From assembly GCA_001780725.1 (NCBI GenBank), contig MFIM01000001.1, positions 19,642 through 83,641 of the forward strand: a DNA stretch of 64,000 nt, read 5' to 3'. This document shows positions 19,227 through 29,475 of the stretch, in pieces (the stretch's first letter is position 1; every line of letters begins with the position of its first letter). Source of the stretch: Candidatus Giovannonibacteria bacterium RIFCSPLOWO2_02_FULL_45_28. GTDB taxonomy: Bacteria; Patescibacteriota; Minisyncoccia; UBA11713; 2-01-FULL-45-33. Below the pieces are notes generated by a model. It was given only the letters and a program-made list of their open reading frames with translations. It was not told where the DNA came from and did not search any database. Made by a program: the position numbers and the translations under genes.

Positions 19227-19714
19227 TAATTCGCAAAAATATCGGATAAATAAGTGCTTAGCGTGATAGCGGAATACACTCCCCGCTCTTGCCATGAAAC
19301 GCTGACGCTGAATTTTTTGGTATTTGCGTCCGGCGATCCCGCAGGAGGGTCTATAACATCGTCAGAGCCGTCGCGGTTCACCGCCCCAACAACAAAAGAG
19401 CGCGCAAATATGCCACCGATCAGCCCGGGATCGGAAATGCTTACGCTCCACGCGGAATCCGCCGCATTAAAAGAAAGATAGTAAGTTGTTGCCGTATTTA
19501 AATTTGCTAGATGGCCGGACCAGCTTTCGTCTCTCAAAAAGCGCAAAGCCTCCAAGCCTTCTTCGGCCAGAAAATTCGCGCGGATTTGGTTTGAAGCGCG
19601 CGTTTCAAGCTTGTTTGACATTAAAAATACGGACGACAGCGCAAAAACCGTTGCCCCGATAATAGAAACGGCGATCACGATTTCAAGCAGTCCGAACCCC
19701 GCCTTTTTATACAT
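19226..19714 (-). CDS. prepilin-type minor pilin (PilV-like)
   Basis: GFGLLEIVIA; LAEEGLE. Confidence 0.85.
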   Translation of the reverse strand: MYKKAGFGLLEIVIAVSIIGATVFALSSVFLMSNKLETRASNQIRANFLAEEGLEALRFLRDESWSGHLANLNTATTYYLSFNAADSAWSVSISDPGLIGGIFARSFVVGAVNRDGSDDVIDPPAGSPDANTKKFSVSVSWQERGVYSAITLSTYLSDIFAN

Positions 19715-19732
19715 TAACTTTATTTTAACATA

Positions 19733-20179
19733 TTACTGCACATTTCCTGTTGAGAATATTGTGATAACGCGGGTTTTGGAAGTATTCCTTTTTGAACGAA
19801 GAGTTACGGTACCGGAGGTCGTGGTTGTGCCGCCGAGTATGGAAAATACGGTATCAACCGCGCCGCCGGTTAAACTGATTGCGCTGATTTCAACTGGCGC
19901 CGGCAAAATATAAACTTCGTTTGCAGAATTTGAAGAGCTATAAACGGATCCTTTAAATAAAACGACTTTTGCGGTTTCAAAATGGACTCCGTAAGTTGTT
20001 TTATCTTGAGAGCCGATTGCTCTTGATCTGGCGTCTTTTAAAATGCCTACGATTGTTTCTCCGGCGGCCTGCAAATCGTTTGATTCGCGGAATACCGCAA
20101 AAGCAGAAAAGAGAATTGCCGCAATGGCAATAACGATGGAAACGCTTACTACCGCTTCAAGCAATGTGAATCCTTTCAT
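19733..20179 (-). CDS. prepilin-type minor pilin (FimT/GspH-like)
   Basis: MKGFTLLEAVV; ARSRA. Confidence 0.85.
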   Translation of the reverse strand: MKGFTLLEAVVSVSIVIAIAAILFSAFAVFRESNDLQAAGETIVGILKDARSRAIGSQDKTTYGVHFETAKVVLFKGSVYSSSNSANEVYILPAPVEISAISLTGGAVDTVFSILGGTTTTSGTVTLRSKRNTSKTRVITIFSTGNVQ

Positions 20180-20183
20180 ATAT

Positions 20184-21419
20184 TTAAAATGCGCCGACTA
20201 AATTATACATTGGCGAGATCATGGAAACGGCGAAAAATCCCACTACAACCCCCATAAGAATCATTAGCGCCGGCTCAATAACCGTTGAAAGATCCTTGGT
20301 CGCCTGCGACACTTCGCTTTCGTAAAAAGAAGCGAGGCGCAGAAGCATTTGCGAAAGTTCGCCGGTTTCCTCGCCGATCCCTATCATTTCGCCAACAAGC
20401 GACGGATAAAGCTCTCCGGATGAAAGGAATGCCTTGGAAATCGTTTCGCCTCGCTGAATTTTTGCGCGCGCATCGTCCAAAATATTTTGATAAAGATGGT
20501 TTTGCAAAACTTCTTTTGTGATAGAAATCGCTTCCAAAATATCAACCCCCGAAGATATCAGCGAGCTTAAAGTCCTGCAGGTCCGGGCGGAGTTGAATTT
20601 TTGATTAATTCCTTTTATGACAGGCAGGTGCGTAAACAGCCAATCAAGCTGCGTTTTTCCCATTTTTGATTTTGCCCAGCGATATGCTCCGTAGCCTGCA
20701 ACCGCTGCTCCTGCAAGCAAAATCAGCCCGCTTTGGAGAATTGATTGGCTTACAAAAATAATCAATCTGGTTGAAAGCGGAAGCTGTACTTTTAATTCTT
20801 CAAAGGTGGTAATAAGCGTCGGAACGACGTAAATCAACATCAAAATTCCTATGCCGACCATGGCGATCATAACGATTACGGGATAAACCATGGCTCCGCG
20901 CACCTTTCTCCTAAGTGCATAGTCTTTTTTCAATTGCAGCGCTATTAGTTTTAATGATTCTTCCAATTTGCCGGATTTTTCTCCGGCACGAACCATCTCC
21001 TGGTAAAATTTTGGGAAAACGGTTTTATGCTCCCCTATGGCGTCTGCAAAACTTCGGCCATTTTTGATTGCATCTGTTATTGCCAGAATTACGGTTTTAA
21101 ATTTGTCATTTTGGGTCTGCCTTGCCATCACTTCCAGCGCCTTTGACAGGCTCACGCCTGCCCCTATCATAACCGCGATGTTGCGCGTAAAATTCAGTTT
21201 TTCTTCAAGAGAAACTCTTTTAAGAAACGATGGAATATAGTCGTTTATTTTTTTGCTCCGCCAGCCGACAGACTTGTCCGCGCCGGTTTCCGAGATAAAA
21301 ATCGGCAGCACCCCTTCCGCACGCAACGCGCGCGCAAGATCATACTTGTCTTTCGCCTCGCGGTTGCCGTCCATGTCATTTCCGCTCTTATCTCTGGCCT
21401 TATAGTGATACAGAGGCAT
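20184..21419 (-). CDS. pilC: type IV pilus platform protein PilC/GspF
   Basis: AGEKSGKL, AMVYP, GEETGEL, IEP motifs; likely start MPLYHYKA. Confidence 0.92.
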   Translation of the reverse strand: MPLYHYKARDKSGNDMDGNREAKDKYDLARALRAEGVLPIFISETGADKSVGWRSKKINDYIPSFLKRVSLEEKLNFTRNIAVMIGAGVSLSKALEVMARQTQNDKFKTVILAITDAIKNGRSFADAIGEHKTVFPKFYQEMVRAGEKSGKLEESLKLIALQLKKDYALRRKVRGAMVYPVIVMIAMVGIGILMLIYVVPTLITTFEELKVQLPLSTRLIIFVSQSILQSGLILLAGAAVAGYGAYRWAKSKMGKTQLDWLFTHLPVIKGINQKFNSARTCRTLSSLISSGVDILEAISITKEVLQNHLYQNILDDARAKIQRGETISKAFLSSGELYPSLVGEMIGIGEETGELSQMLLRLASFYESEVSQATKDLSTVIEPALMILMGVVVGFFAVSMISPMYNLVGAF

Positions 21420-22695
21420 GAAAGTATTGATCAAGCCCTGTAACAGCATGCCTGGTTTGTTTGCCGGTGTCACGGTCGCGGATGGTTACAGTATCGTCTT
21501 CCAGAGTTTGGTAGTCAATTGTCACGCACCAAGGCGTACCGATTTCGTCTTGCCTCCTGTAACGCTTGCCAATATTGCCGATGTCGTCAAAAACAGTTGA
21601 GTACGGATTATTGGTTGTGGAATTTTTAGGTTGGCAAAGACCGTTGTAAACTTCATTTGCTTTCGCCATAATTTTTTCTTTATTGGAAACCAAAGGAAAC
21701 ACGGCGACTTTGACCGGCGCCACGGCCGGTTTAAGCGCCAAATAAACTCTCTTTTCTCCGCCAAGCTTGTCTTCGCGGTAAGCCGACAAAAGCACAGCCA
21801 AAATGGTTCTCTCCAGCCCGAAAGTCGGCTCAATTACATGCGGAATAAATTTTTCCCCGGAGGCGGGGTCGGTATACCTCAAATCAACCCCAGAATGCTC
21901 CATGTGGCGCAGGAGGTCGTAATCTCCGCGATAAGCCAGGCCATAGAGTTCTTTTTTTCCAAAAGGCCAGTCAAATTCAAAATCAATCGTGCGTTTTGAA
22001 TAATGCGCGCGATCTCCTTCGGGTACCTCAAGTTCATGCACTTTTCCTTTGTCTATGCCGATTTTTTCTATCCACATCCGGATTTCTTTGCGCCATTTTT
22101 CAAAATATTTTTTCCATTCTGATTCTCTGACAAAATATTCAAACTCCATCAAATCAAACTCGCGGATGCGGAAAAGAAAATCCCTTGGCGCGATTTCGTT
22201 CCTAAAAGCTCTGCCGATCTGAGCGATGCCGAAAGGCAAGTTCGGCCGCATAGTATCCAAAATGTTTTTAAAATTAACGAACATCCCCTGTGCAATTTCC
22301 GGCCGTAAATATACATCTCCGGATTTAAACATAAGATTAAATTGTTTTGGCTCGGAAAGCGCACCGCCGCACTCTGGGCATTTTTTCCCGGAAATTTCAT
22401 CCTGCCGAAATCTTTTTTTGCATTTTTTGCATTCAACCAATGGGTCGGCGAATCCTTCCAGATGCCCGCTTGCCTCCCAAACTTTTTCCGGCATCAAAAC
22501 GCTGGAAGCCAGCCCGTACATTTCATGGTGCGCGCGCACAAAATGATTCCACCATAATTCTTTTATATTGTAAGCAAGTTCCGCGCCCAACGGCCCCAAG
22601 CTCCAAGTGCCGGCAAGCCCTCCGTAAATCTCCGAGCCCGGAAACACAAATCCGCGCCGCTTTGCCAAGCTTACGATTGTTTCCAGGCTTACCAT
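21400..22695 (-). CDS. glyQS: glycine--tRNA ligase, alpha2 type
   Basis: KRRGF..SEIYGG, LRPE.AQG, FRNEI, IGKRYRRQDEIGTP. Confidence 0.96.
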   Translation of the reverse strand: MVSLETIVSLAKRRGFVFPGSEIYGGLAGTWSLGPLGAELAYNIKELWWNHFVRAHHEMYGLASSVLMPEKVWEASGHLEGFADPLVECKKCKKRFRQDEISGKKCPECGGALSEPKQFNLMFKSGDVYLRPEIAQGMFVNFKNILDTMRPNLPFGIAQIGRAFRNEIAPRDFLFRIREFDLMEFEYFVRESEWKKYFEKWRKEIRMWIEKIGIDKGKVHELEVPEGDRAHYSKRTIDFEFDWPFGKKELYGLAYRGDYDLLRHMEHSGVDLRYTDPASGEKFIPHVIEPTFGLERTILAVLLSAYREDKLGGEKRVYLALKPAVAPVKVAVFPLVSNKEKIMAKANEVYNGLCQPKNSTTNNPYSTVFDDIGNIGKRYRRQDEIGTPWCVTIDYQTLEDDTVTIRDRDTGKQTRHAVTGLDQYFHASVSL

Positions 22696-22704
22696 ATTTT
22701 GAGA

Positions 22705-24573
22705 TTATCGCACAACTTTTTTCTGATTAAAAGTGACGCTCGGATCATCCGGCAAATCGGTAGATATAGGGTCATCACGCGCAGAAAGCGTCTGGTTTGT
22801 AAAAGTGTCGCGGCCCGAAACTTCAGCCGCATTAATAATTGTCGGAGAAGATCCGATTTGATTTTGTGAAGGAATAAGTCCGACCTGAAAAGCGGCCTCC
22901 AGAGCCGGCCGCAAAAAACCGGTGCCGGCGGGCACCCTGCCGGCGCGCCAGACAATTTCACCGCTGACCTTTTCAAACGAAATGTTCGCGTCAGCCGGTT
23001 GAATCACGTTTTTAAAACTCATATACGGAGGGAGGGTAGATTTAACGACGACGCCATCCAAATCGTTCACCATGTTAGCCAAAGACAAAATGATTGTGTA
23101 GGTTGTTTCCTCGCCCACTTTCGGCGGCAGGGGGCCGGCATTTTGAATAACGGAATTATTATAAAGCGCCCGCGAAACCACTTGTAATTTTGATGATACT
23201 TTCATTTCATAATTGCCGGATCCGGAAACATCAACCCCCTCAAATCCCTGTACAACCACGCCCGGATTAAAAATTGCGCCGATCCGAACGCTTGGCCGCG
23301 CAGCATCAGTAGCAAGAACCAAATTGCTCTTAATTTTAAACGAAAAAGTAACGCGTTCTTCTTGATTTGGAAGCAACACCGCAAACGGCTTATGGGTGGA
23401 AGAGTTCCACACAACGCTTTTAGACGACTCTCGGAAAGCGCCGCTGTCAACTCGCAAAGAAGCAAAGTCCACCGCGTTTCCATTAATTGACGCCTCCAAA
23501 GATGCGTTTTTAATTTCTTGAGGTAAATTATTTCTTAGGGCAATATCAAAAGAAATTGTATCGCCCGGAAAAGCCGCATATTCATTTGATCCGTTTGCCA
23601 AAATATTTACAGACAAAAACGGCGCGCGCAAAATTATGGTTTGGGAAGATTCGTCATAAGCTAAAAATGAGTTTTTCGCCGGATCAAAAATACCTATTGC
23701 TGCTTTGAAAATCTTTGATTCCAAATCTGCGCCATGAACCTTGCCTTTTAATTTTATCTTCCCGGATTCGGCCGGCGGGAGATTCCCCAAGCTCCAAATA
23801 TTTTTGTTTTGCGGCAAGGGCGAAGGGCTTGCGGAAACGAACTCAAAGCCGTCCGGAAAATTCATTTGCGAATAGAGATTTGCAAGGGCCTGATCGGCTT
23901 GCGAGACGTAATTAACCTCAAACTCCACTTCTTGTCCTATTCGCAAATCAGACGGCAGATTAAAAGAAACAGTCACCGGAGAAAGAGCTACGGAAAACTC
24001 AAAAGACGCGTCTACCGCAAAAATCGCGCTTGCCCCAGCCGGCCTGTACTCCAAAACAGCAGAAACTTTTTTGGTCGTTCCTCTGCCGCCAAAAACATAA
24101 GCGTCGAAATTTTCCGCAATGCTCTCTCCGGCGCGCACGCCTCCCAAGGATCTGCGTTCACGAAAAATTCCTTCAGGGCGCGGCCCAACAACCGGCGAAG
24201 CGTCATTCGGGAAATTAAAAACCAAAACAGCGTCTTCCAGCATTCCATTGCTTTGATTGGCGATTTTAACCCGCCAGCTTATGCGGTCTCCGCTTTTTAT
24301 TTCGCTGATGCCTTCTATTTTTACGTCAACCGCCCGCGACCTAAAAACCGTAGGCGAGCCGAAAACAAAAAAAACGATGCCGATAACAAATAAAATTAGC
24401 CCCGCCGCAACCGCCCATAAAAACCAGCGGCTCTCTTTAGCCGTTCTCTGTGTTTCCTGCCAAAAAACTGACCCAGCCCTTTTGGTCCTTGTAAGCTCTG
24501 GCGGAACCATTCTTTCTCCAAATGTTTCTTTTTCCTTATAGAGCCGTTTTTTTAGTTCTTCAAGTGAGGCCAT
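22705..24573 (-). CDS. membrane-anchored protein with repeated Ig-like (DUF11-like) domains
   Basis: N-terminal TM; repeated beta-rich units with W.LG.L. Confidence 0.7.
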   Translation of the reverse strand: MASLEELKKRLYKEKETFGERMVPPELTRTKRAGSVFWQETQRTAKESRWFLWAVAAGLILFVIGIVFFVFGSPTVFRSRAVDVKIEGISEIKSGDRISWRVKIANQSNGMLEDAVLVFNFPNDASPVVGPRPEGIFRERRSLGGVRAGESIAENFDAYVFGGRGTTKKVSAVLEYRPAGASAIFAVDASFEFSVALSPVTVSFNLPSDLRIGQEVEFEVNYVSQADQALANLYSQMNFPDGFEFVSASPSPLPQNKNIWSLGNLPPAESGKIKLKGKVHGADLESKIFKAAIGIFDPAKNSFLAYDESSQTIILRAPFLSVNILANGSNEYAAFPGDTISFDIALRNNLPQEIKNASLEASINGNAVDFASLRVDSGAFRESSKSVVWNSSTHKPFAVLLPNQEERVTFSFKIKSNLVLATDAARPSVRIGAIFNPGVVVQGFEGVDVSGSGNYEMKVSSKLQVVSRALYNNSVIQNAGPLPPKVGEETTYTIILSLANMVNDLDGVVVKSTLPPYMSFKNVIQPADANISFEKVSGEIVWRAGRVPAGTGFLRPALEAAFQVGLIPSQNQIGSSPTIINAAEVSGRDTFTNQTLSARDDPISTDLPDDPSVTFNQKKVVR

Positions 24574-25073
24574 AATGTTAGTATAGCTTCATTGTGATGT
24601 TCGGGCAAAGAATCGCCGTAGCCTTCGTGCGCGAAAAATTCGCGCAAGAATTGCAGCGCTCGCTCTTCGTCAGTACCAGCCAAAGGCTGGCCAGCATCGG
24701 GCTGGAAAAAATCAATCGCCATTGAGAATAATTCTTCGTCTTTCGCGCCGGGCAAAACCACTAAATCAATCGTTTTTAGAATTCTTCCGGCTGTGGAAAT
24801 CCTATTCGCATCTAAAAACCAGTTGCCGAACCCTGAAATTACCTCCGCATCCGTCATCGTCGGCATTCGTTCGCCGTTTTTAACAAATTGAAGTCGTGTG
24901 TGGTTCAAAATATCCAAATGCGCGTTGAGTTTTGAAGCCGTTTTCCGCGCGCCCTTTGCCAGCGCATCCATTTTCCCAAAATCTTTTGTCAGCGCCCTCA
25001 CCAAAAAATCCGCCTCCCCGTACGGCGTTTTTTTCATAATCAATCCTTCGGTTTTGAAATACGCGCTCGGCAT
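24552..25073 (-). CDS. recO: DNA repair protein RecO (short)
   Basis: YGEAD..V..LT..FGK..A.AKGARK..SKL. Confidence 0.88.
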   Translation of the reverse strand: MPSAYFKTEGLIMKKTPYGEADFLVRALTKDFGKMDALAKGARKTASKLNAHLDILNHTRLQFVKNGERMPTMTDAEVISGFGNWFLDANRISTAGRILKTIDLVVLPGAKDEELFSMAIDFFQPDAGQPLAGTDEERALQFLREFFAHEGYGDSLPEHHNEAILTLWPHLKN

Positions 25074-25078
25074 ACTTA

Positions 25079-28000
25079 TTAGAAATAAATTCGAAATCTA
25101 TCACCAGAAAGCTTTTGAATATCGCTTATATTTGTCTCTTTTTTAATCCTTGCGCTATATTTTTCGAGAACATCCAAAATCTCAGCAGGAGAAGCTTCTA
25201 TTTTGGCTGGCATTTTTTGTTTAGGCGTTAGTCCCGCTTCTTTTCTTGCGGCCTGAATTTCGCGGATAAGGTCGCGGAGAATGCCTTCTTCGCGAAGTTC
25301 GGGAGTAATGGTTAAATCAAATTCCACCAACTTATCAGCCAAATTTTGCGAAAAAACAACATTTTTTACATTTATTTCCTCTTTTGCTAATGCCAAATAA
25401 TCAGCCCCCAAATTTTTCCACTGGAATTTATCACTTGCACGCATGGAATTAAGCGGTTGTCTTATTTTTAGATTTTGTTTATGCCTTTCTTCAAGCGCTG
25501 CCGCAACTAAATTTCTGGTTTCGTCCATATTTTCCAGTAATTTTACGTTTTTATTTTTGCTCTTTGCATTTTGTTTTGGCCAATCCTCCAAATGAACACT
25601 TTTGTTAGACGCCGAGCTTCTAACACTTTGATAAATCTTCTCCGCTGTAAACGGGGCGAAAGGTGCCAGGAGTTTTGAAACTTCGCCAAGCAAATACGCC
25701 AAAACCGTGCCTGTTTCCTTGGCTTCTTTAGAATTTTCTTTCATCACACCGCGAATCCTTCTGATGTACCAATGCGAAATATCATCAACCACAAAATTTT
25801 CCAGCTCGCGCGCCGCGCCAACGATGTCGTAAGCGTCCAGTTTTTTTGTGACAGAGTTGGTTACTTCGGAGAACTTTGCCAAAACCCATTTATTTATTAA
25901 CAATTTCTCACTTCCGATTTCTAACTTCCCACTTCTAACTTTGTACATTTTCCAAAACTGTAAGACATTCCACAAAATCATAAAAAATCTCCGCGAGGCG
26001 TCTTTGATGTCTTCTTCCTTAAAAAGCTTGGAATCCCACGGCTGGTTTATCGTAAAAAAATACCATCTAGTCGCGTCAGCTCCGTACTTTTCTATGAGCA
26101 TCATTGGATCCACCACATTTCCCAAAGATTTGGACATTTTTTTGCCGTTTTTGTCCAAAACATGCCCAAGCGATATTACATTTCTATAAGGAGCGCTTTT
26201 TCCCAAAAGCGTGCCGACAGCCAGGAGATTATAAAACCACCCGCGCGTCTGATCCACCGCTTCGGTAATGTAGTCGGCAGGATAGTGGAAGTCCGACTTC
26301 CTTTCGGAAGTCGGACTTCCAAGAAACGACCAATGCGCGCTCGCAAACGGCATCGCTCCCGAGTCAAACCAAACGTCAACAACCTCCGAAACTCTCCGCA
26401 TTTCGCCTCCGCAACCACATCGGAGTCTTATTTCATCAATAAAAGGTTTATGCAAATCCAGAACAAGATTTTCGTCGCGCGGAATCTGAGAAAAAATCAG
26501 CTCTTCAAATTCGGCCGTCACTAAAAAATCTTTTCCGCGGCGCAATTTTTCTTCCATGGATTCCTCGTTGTTTTTTCCTTCCGCCGCCGTCCAAAGCATC
26601 CAAATAGGATATTCGTGGCTTATTATCAAGATAGTTTTGTTTTGATAGCGCAATTCCATTTCAGAAATCGCAGAGAAAATGCGGTTTTTTAACTGAGTTA
26701 AGGTTTCCCCTTCCGGCGGAGCCTTAGTAAATTTTTCAATCGGATTTTTATAAAAAGCGTGGTAGCGCGCCGGATCTCCTTCGGAAAAAATGCCGGTGTT
26801 GATTTCGGAAAGTCTTGGGTCAAGCTTGATGTTTAATAAAGAAACCCCCGACACTTCTCCAATTATTTCCGCCGTTTCTTTGGTCCTTAAAAACGGCGAT
26901 GCGAAAATTAAATCGGGCTTCCCGCCAGAGACGGGTCCGCCTATGGCGGATATTTTTTTCTTCAAAAGCCTAGCGCTTTTTTCCACCTGTTTTCTGCCAT
27001 TTGCTGTAAGATGATAGTGGTTTTTTGCAAGATTGCTGTTGGTGATATTTTTTACATTTGTTTCCGCCTCCCCGTGCCTCATAAAAATATATCTGTTGCC
27101 GGACGCAGTCGAGCGTTTTTTCAGCTCCTCCACTGAACCGATGGCCTCCCATTTTTTGCATTTTTCGCATTTCCAAACCGGCAACGGAGTACCCCAAAAC
27201 CGCTCGCGTGAAAACGCCCAGTTCTTTTTTTCTTTGAGCCATTCGCCCATCCGGCCGTTCTTGATGTGTTCCGGATACCAATTTATTTTTTGATTATTTT
27301 CTAAAAGCTCGGGCCGCACCGCGTTCACATCCACCCACCACGCCTTGCGAGCAAGATACATCAGGGGCGTTTTGCACCTCCAACAAAAAGGATAGTCGTG
27401 TTCGTAACTTTCGGTTTTAAATAAAAATCCTCGCGATTTTAGGTCATCAATAATTTGTTGGTTCGCATTTTTCCCGCCGGAGGCGGGTCCGCCTTTGGCG
27501 GAAAACCACTCGCCGTCCCAAGGATTTCCCGGTGTTTGCATCAGCCCGCGCTCGCTGGTTGTGGCAAGTACCGGCAAATCGTATTTTTTGGAGAGCTGAA
27601 AATCGTCATCTCCAAAAGCCGGCGCGATATGCACAATTCCAGTCCCCTCCTCGGTTGAAACAAAATCTCCGGCAACTACTTTGTACGGAGCGTTGTGCGA
27701 ATAAAGCGGCTCATATTTTAAATCAACCAGCTCACTACCCTTAATTTTTTTTAAAATTTTACAGTCTCCGCCGACAACGCTCGCTCTTGATTCGGCCAGT
27801 ATTAATTTTTCACCTCCCACCTCCAACACCACATATCCAATTTTTTGATTCACCGCTAAAGCAACATTTCCGGGCAAAGTCCAGGGAGTAGTCGTCCAGA
27901 CGAGGAAATAAGTTTTTTCTGGAATTTTTCCGCCAGAGGCGGACCCGCCTTTGGCGGAAAATTTCACATAAACCGATTCCTCTTTTACTTTTTCGTATCC

Positions 28001-28582
28001 CTGCGCAAGTTCGTGCGAAGAGAGTGCGGTGCCGCACCTCGCGCACCATGGGACAACTTTATAGTCTTCGTATAAATATTTTTTCTTGGCGAATTCTTTG
28101 ATAACCCACCAAAGAGATTCAATATAAGAATTTTCATAGGTAATATAGGGATGTGCCATATCTATCCAAAAACCCATCCGCGCCGTCAACTTCTCCCATA
28201 GCTCTTTATATTTCCAAACCGACTCTCGGCATTTTTTATTGAACGCGGCGACACCGTATTTTTCTATGTCTTTTTTGTTTTTAAGCCCCAGAGTTTTTTC
28301 TACCTCAACTTCAACCGGAAGCCCGTGAGTATCCCACCCCGCGCGGCGCGGCGCGTAATATCCCCTCATTGTTTTGTATCTTAAAACAACATCCTTGAAA
28401 GCGCGGCTCTCAACATGATGCACACCCGGAACACCGTTAGCCGTCGGCGGTCCCTCAAAAAAGACAAAGTGGTTTTGTTTACCCCTCGAAGCTTTAGCGA
28501 AGTAGGGCTTCCTTTGGTTTACCGACTTCTCAAAAGCCTTATTTTTTTTCCAAAATTCCAAAATTTCTTTCTCATCAAACAT
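25079..28582 (-). CDS. ileS: isoleucine--tRNA ligase type 2 with inserted histidine-phosphatase domain
   Basis: EGPPTANG, GWDTHGLPVE, WTTTPWTL, SRERFWGTP, KMSKS; RHGE..SH insert. Confidence 0.95.
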   Translation of the reverse strand: MFDEKEILEFWKKNKAFEKSVNQRKPYFAKASRGKQNHFVFFEGPPTANGVPGVHHVESRAFKDVVLRYKTMRGYYAPRRAGWDTHGLPVEVEVEKTLGLKNKKDIEKYGVAAFNKKCRESVWKYKELWEKLTARMGFWIDMAHPYITYENSYIESLWWVIKEFAKKKYLYEDYKVVPWCARCGTALSSHELAQGYEKVKEESVYVKFSAKGGSASGGKIPEKTYFLVWTTTPWTLPGNVALAVNQKIGYVVLEVGGEKLILAESRASVVGGDCKILKKIKGSELVDLKYEPLYSHNAPYKVVAGDFVSTEEGTGIVHIAPAFGDDDFQLSKKYDLPVLATTSERGLMQTPGNPWDGEWFSAKGGPASGGKNANQQIIDDLKSRGFLFKTESYEHDYPFCWRCKTPLMYLARKAWWVDVNAVRPELLENNQKINWYPEHIKNGRMGEWLKEKKNWAFSRERFWGTPLPVWKCEKCKKWEAIGSVEELKKRSTASGNRYIFMRHGEAETNVKNITNSNLAKNHYHLTANGRKQVEKSARLLKKKISAIGGPVSGGKPDLIFASPFLRTKETAEIIGEVSGVSLLNIKLDPRLSEINTGIFSEGDPARYHAFYKNPIEKFTKAPPEGETLTQLKNRIFSAISEMELRYQNKTILIISHEYPIWMLWTAAEGKNNEESMEEKLRRGKDFLVTAEFEELIFSQIPRDENLVLDLHKPFIDEIRLRCGCGGEMRRVSEVVDVWFDSGAMPFASAHWSFLGSPTSERKSDFHYPADYITEAVDQTRGWFYNLLAVGTLLGKSAPYRNVISLGHVLDKNGKKMSKSLGNVVDPMMLIEKYGADATRWYFFTINQPWDSKLFKEEDIKDASRRFFMILWNVLQFWKMYKVRSGKLEIGSEKLLINKWVLAKFSEVTNSVTKKLDAYDIVGAARELENFVVDDISHWYIRRIRGVMKENSKEAKETGTVLAYLLGEVSKLLAPFAPFTAEKIYQSVRSSASNKSVHLEDWPKQNAKSKNKNVKLLENMDETRNLVAAALEERHKQNLKIRQPLNSMRASDKFQWKNLGADYLALAKEEINVKNVVFSQNLADKLVEFDLTITPELREEGILRDLIREIQAARKEAGLTPKQKMPAKIEASPAEILDVLEKYSARIKKETNISDIQKLSGDRFRIYF

Positions 28583-28624
28583 ATGAAAATAGTAGCAAAA
28601 AAAGCCGCTCATGAGAACGGCTCA

Positions 28625-29365
28625 TTACTTGTATACATGGGCGTTGATCCCTATTGCACGCAAAATCGGAGATCGTTCATTGAAAGGTATAGATTTTGTG
28701 ACTTGATCCAAAAAATGGAACACGCTTCCGGCACCGCCTTCTTTAACTAGAAATGCGATATCCTCGTCTGTATATACACCGGGGAAAATTTTGTTTAATT
28801 TCTTCCAAAATCCATCCACATTAATCTCACCCATCTTCACACCAGCCTGTTTCATGCCAACTTCGTGGCAAGCGGCCCTATCGCCATTGGAAAACCGCAT
28901 TGTGACTTTATCACCCAACCCCAAAACCTCCGAAATGTACGCCGAGCCGATCTCGTTGCCTTGCTCTACGGTCATTGTGCTTTTTTGTGAAAACCACAAG
29001 TCGGAAAGGCGCTTCGCGCGCTCGTTTCCATTAAACCACCCCTCACGATAAGGATTTTCTGCCACGTCTTGTGGGTCCAACGGAACATCGGCTGGAATGC
29101 CAGCTTTCTCCCATCTCTTTAATAATTTCTTCGCGATTTTTGCCCGCCGAATAATTTCGTTGCCGAATTGTACCGCCTCATCCAGCGACATGCATCTTGA
29201 TGTTTCAAAAAATCCATCGGGCTTATCCAATGAAATTTTAATGTGTTGGCTGGGCTCTCCGAAACTGCCGGCATAATGAGCTATACAAATGTCGCCGTCT
29301 GGATTTTTATAAACAGTCATGTGGTGGCATCTGTATTTTTTCTCAAGATACTTGTTCATTTTCAC
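28625..29365 (-). CDS. hypothetical protein
   Basis: 246 aa ORF with GGGGG SD-like element. Confidence 0.6.
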   Translation of the reverse strand: MKMNKYLEKKYRCHHMTVYKNPDGDICIAHYAGSFGEPSQHIKISLDKPDGFFETSRCMSLDEAVQFGNEIIRRAKIAKKLLKRWEKAGIPADVPLDPQDVAENPYREGWFNGNERAKRLSDLWFSQKSTMTVEQGNEIGSAYISEVLGLGDKVTMRFSNGDRAACHEVGMKQAGVKMGEINVDGFWKKLNKIFPGVYTDEDIAFLVKEGGAGSVFHFLDQVTKSIPFNERSPILRAIGINAHVYK

Positions 29366-29475
29366 CCCCTAAATTTAAATACCTAGTGTAAGTTTAACAA
29401 AAACAACCTTGCGTGTCAAGAAAACAAAAACCCGCCTATCGGTAGGCGGGGCCATTTTTTAAAAACAGCTCTATT

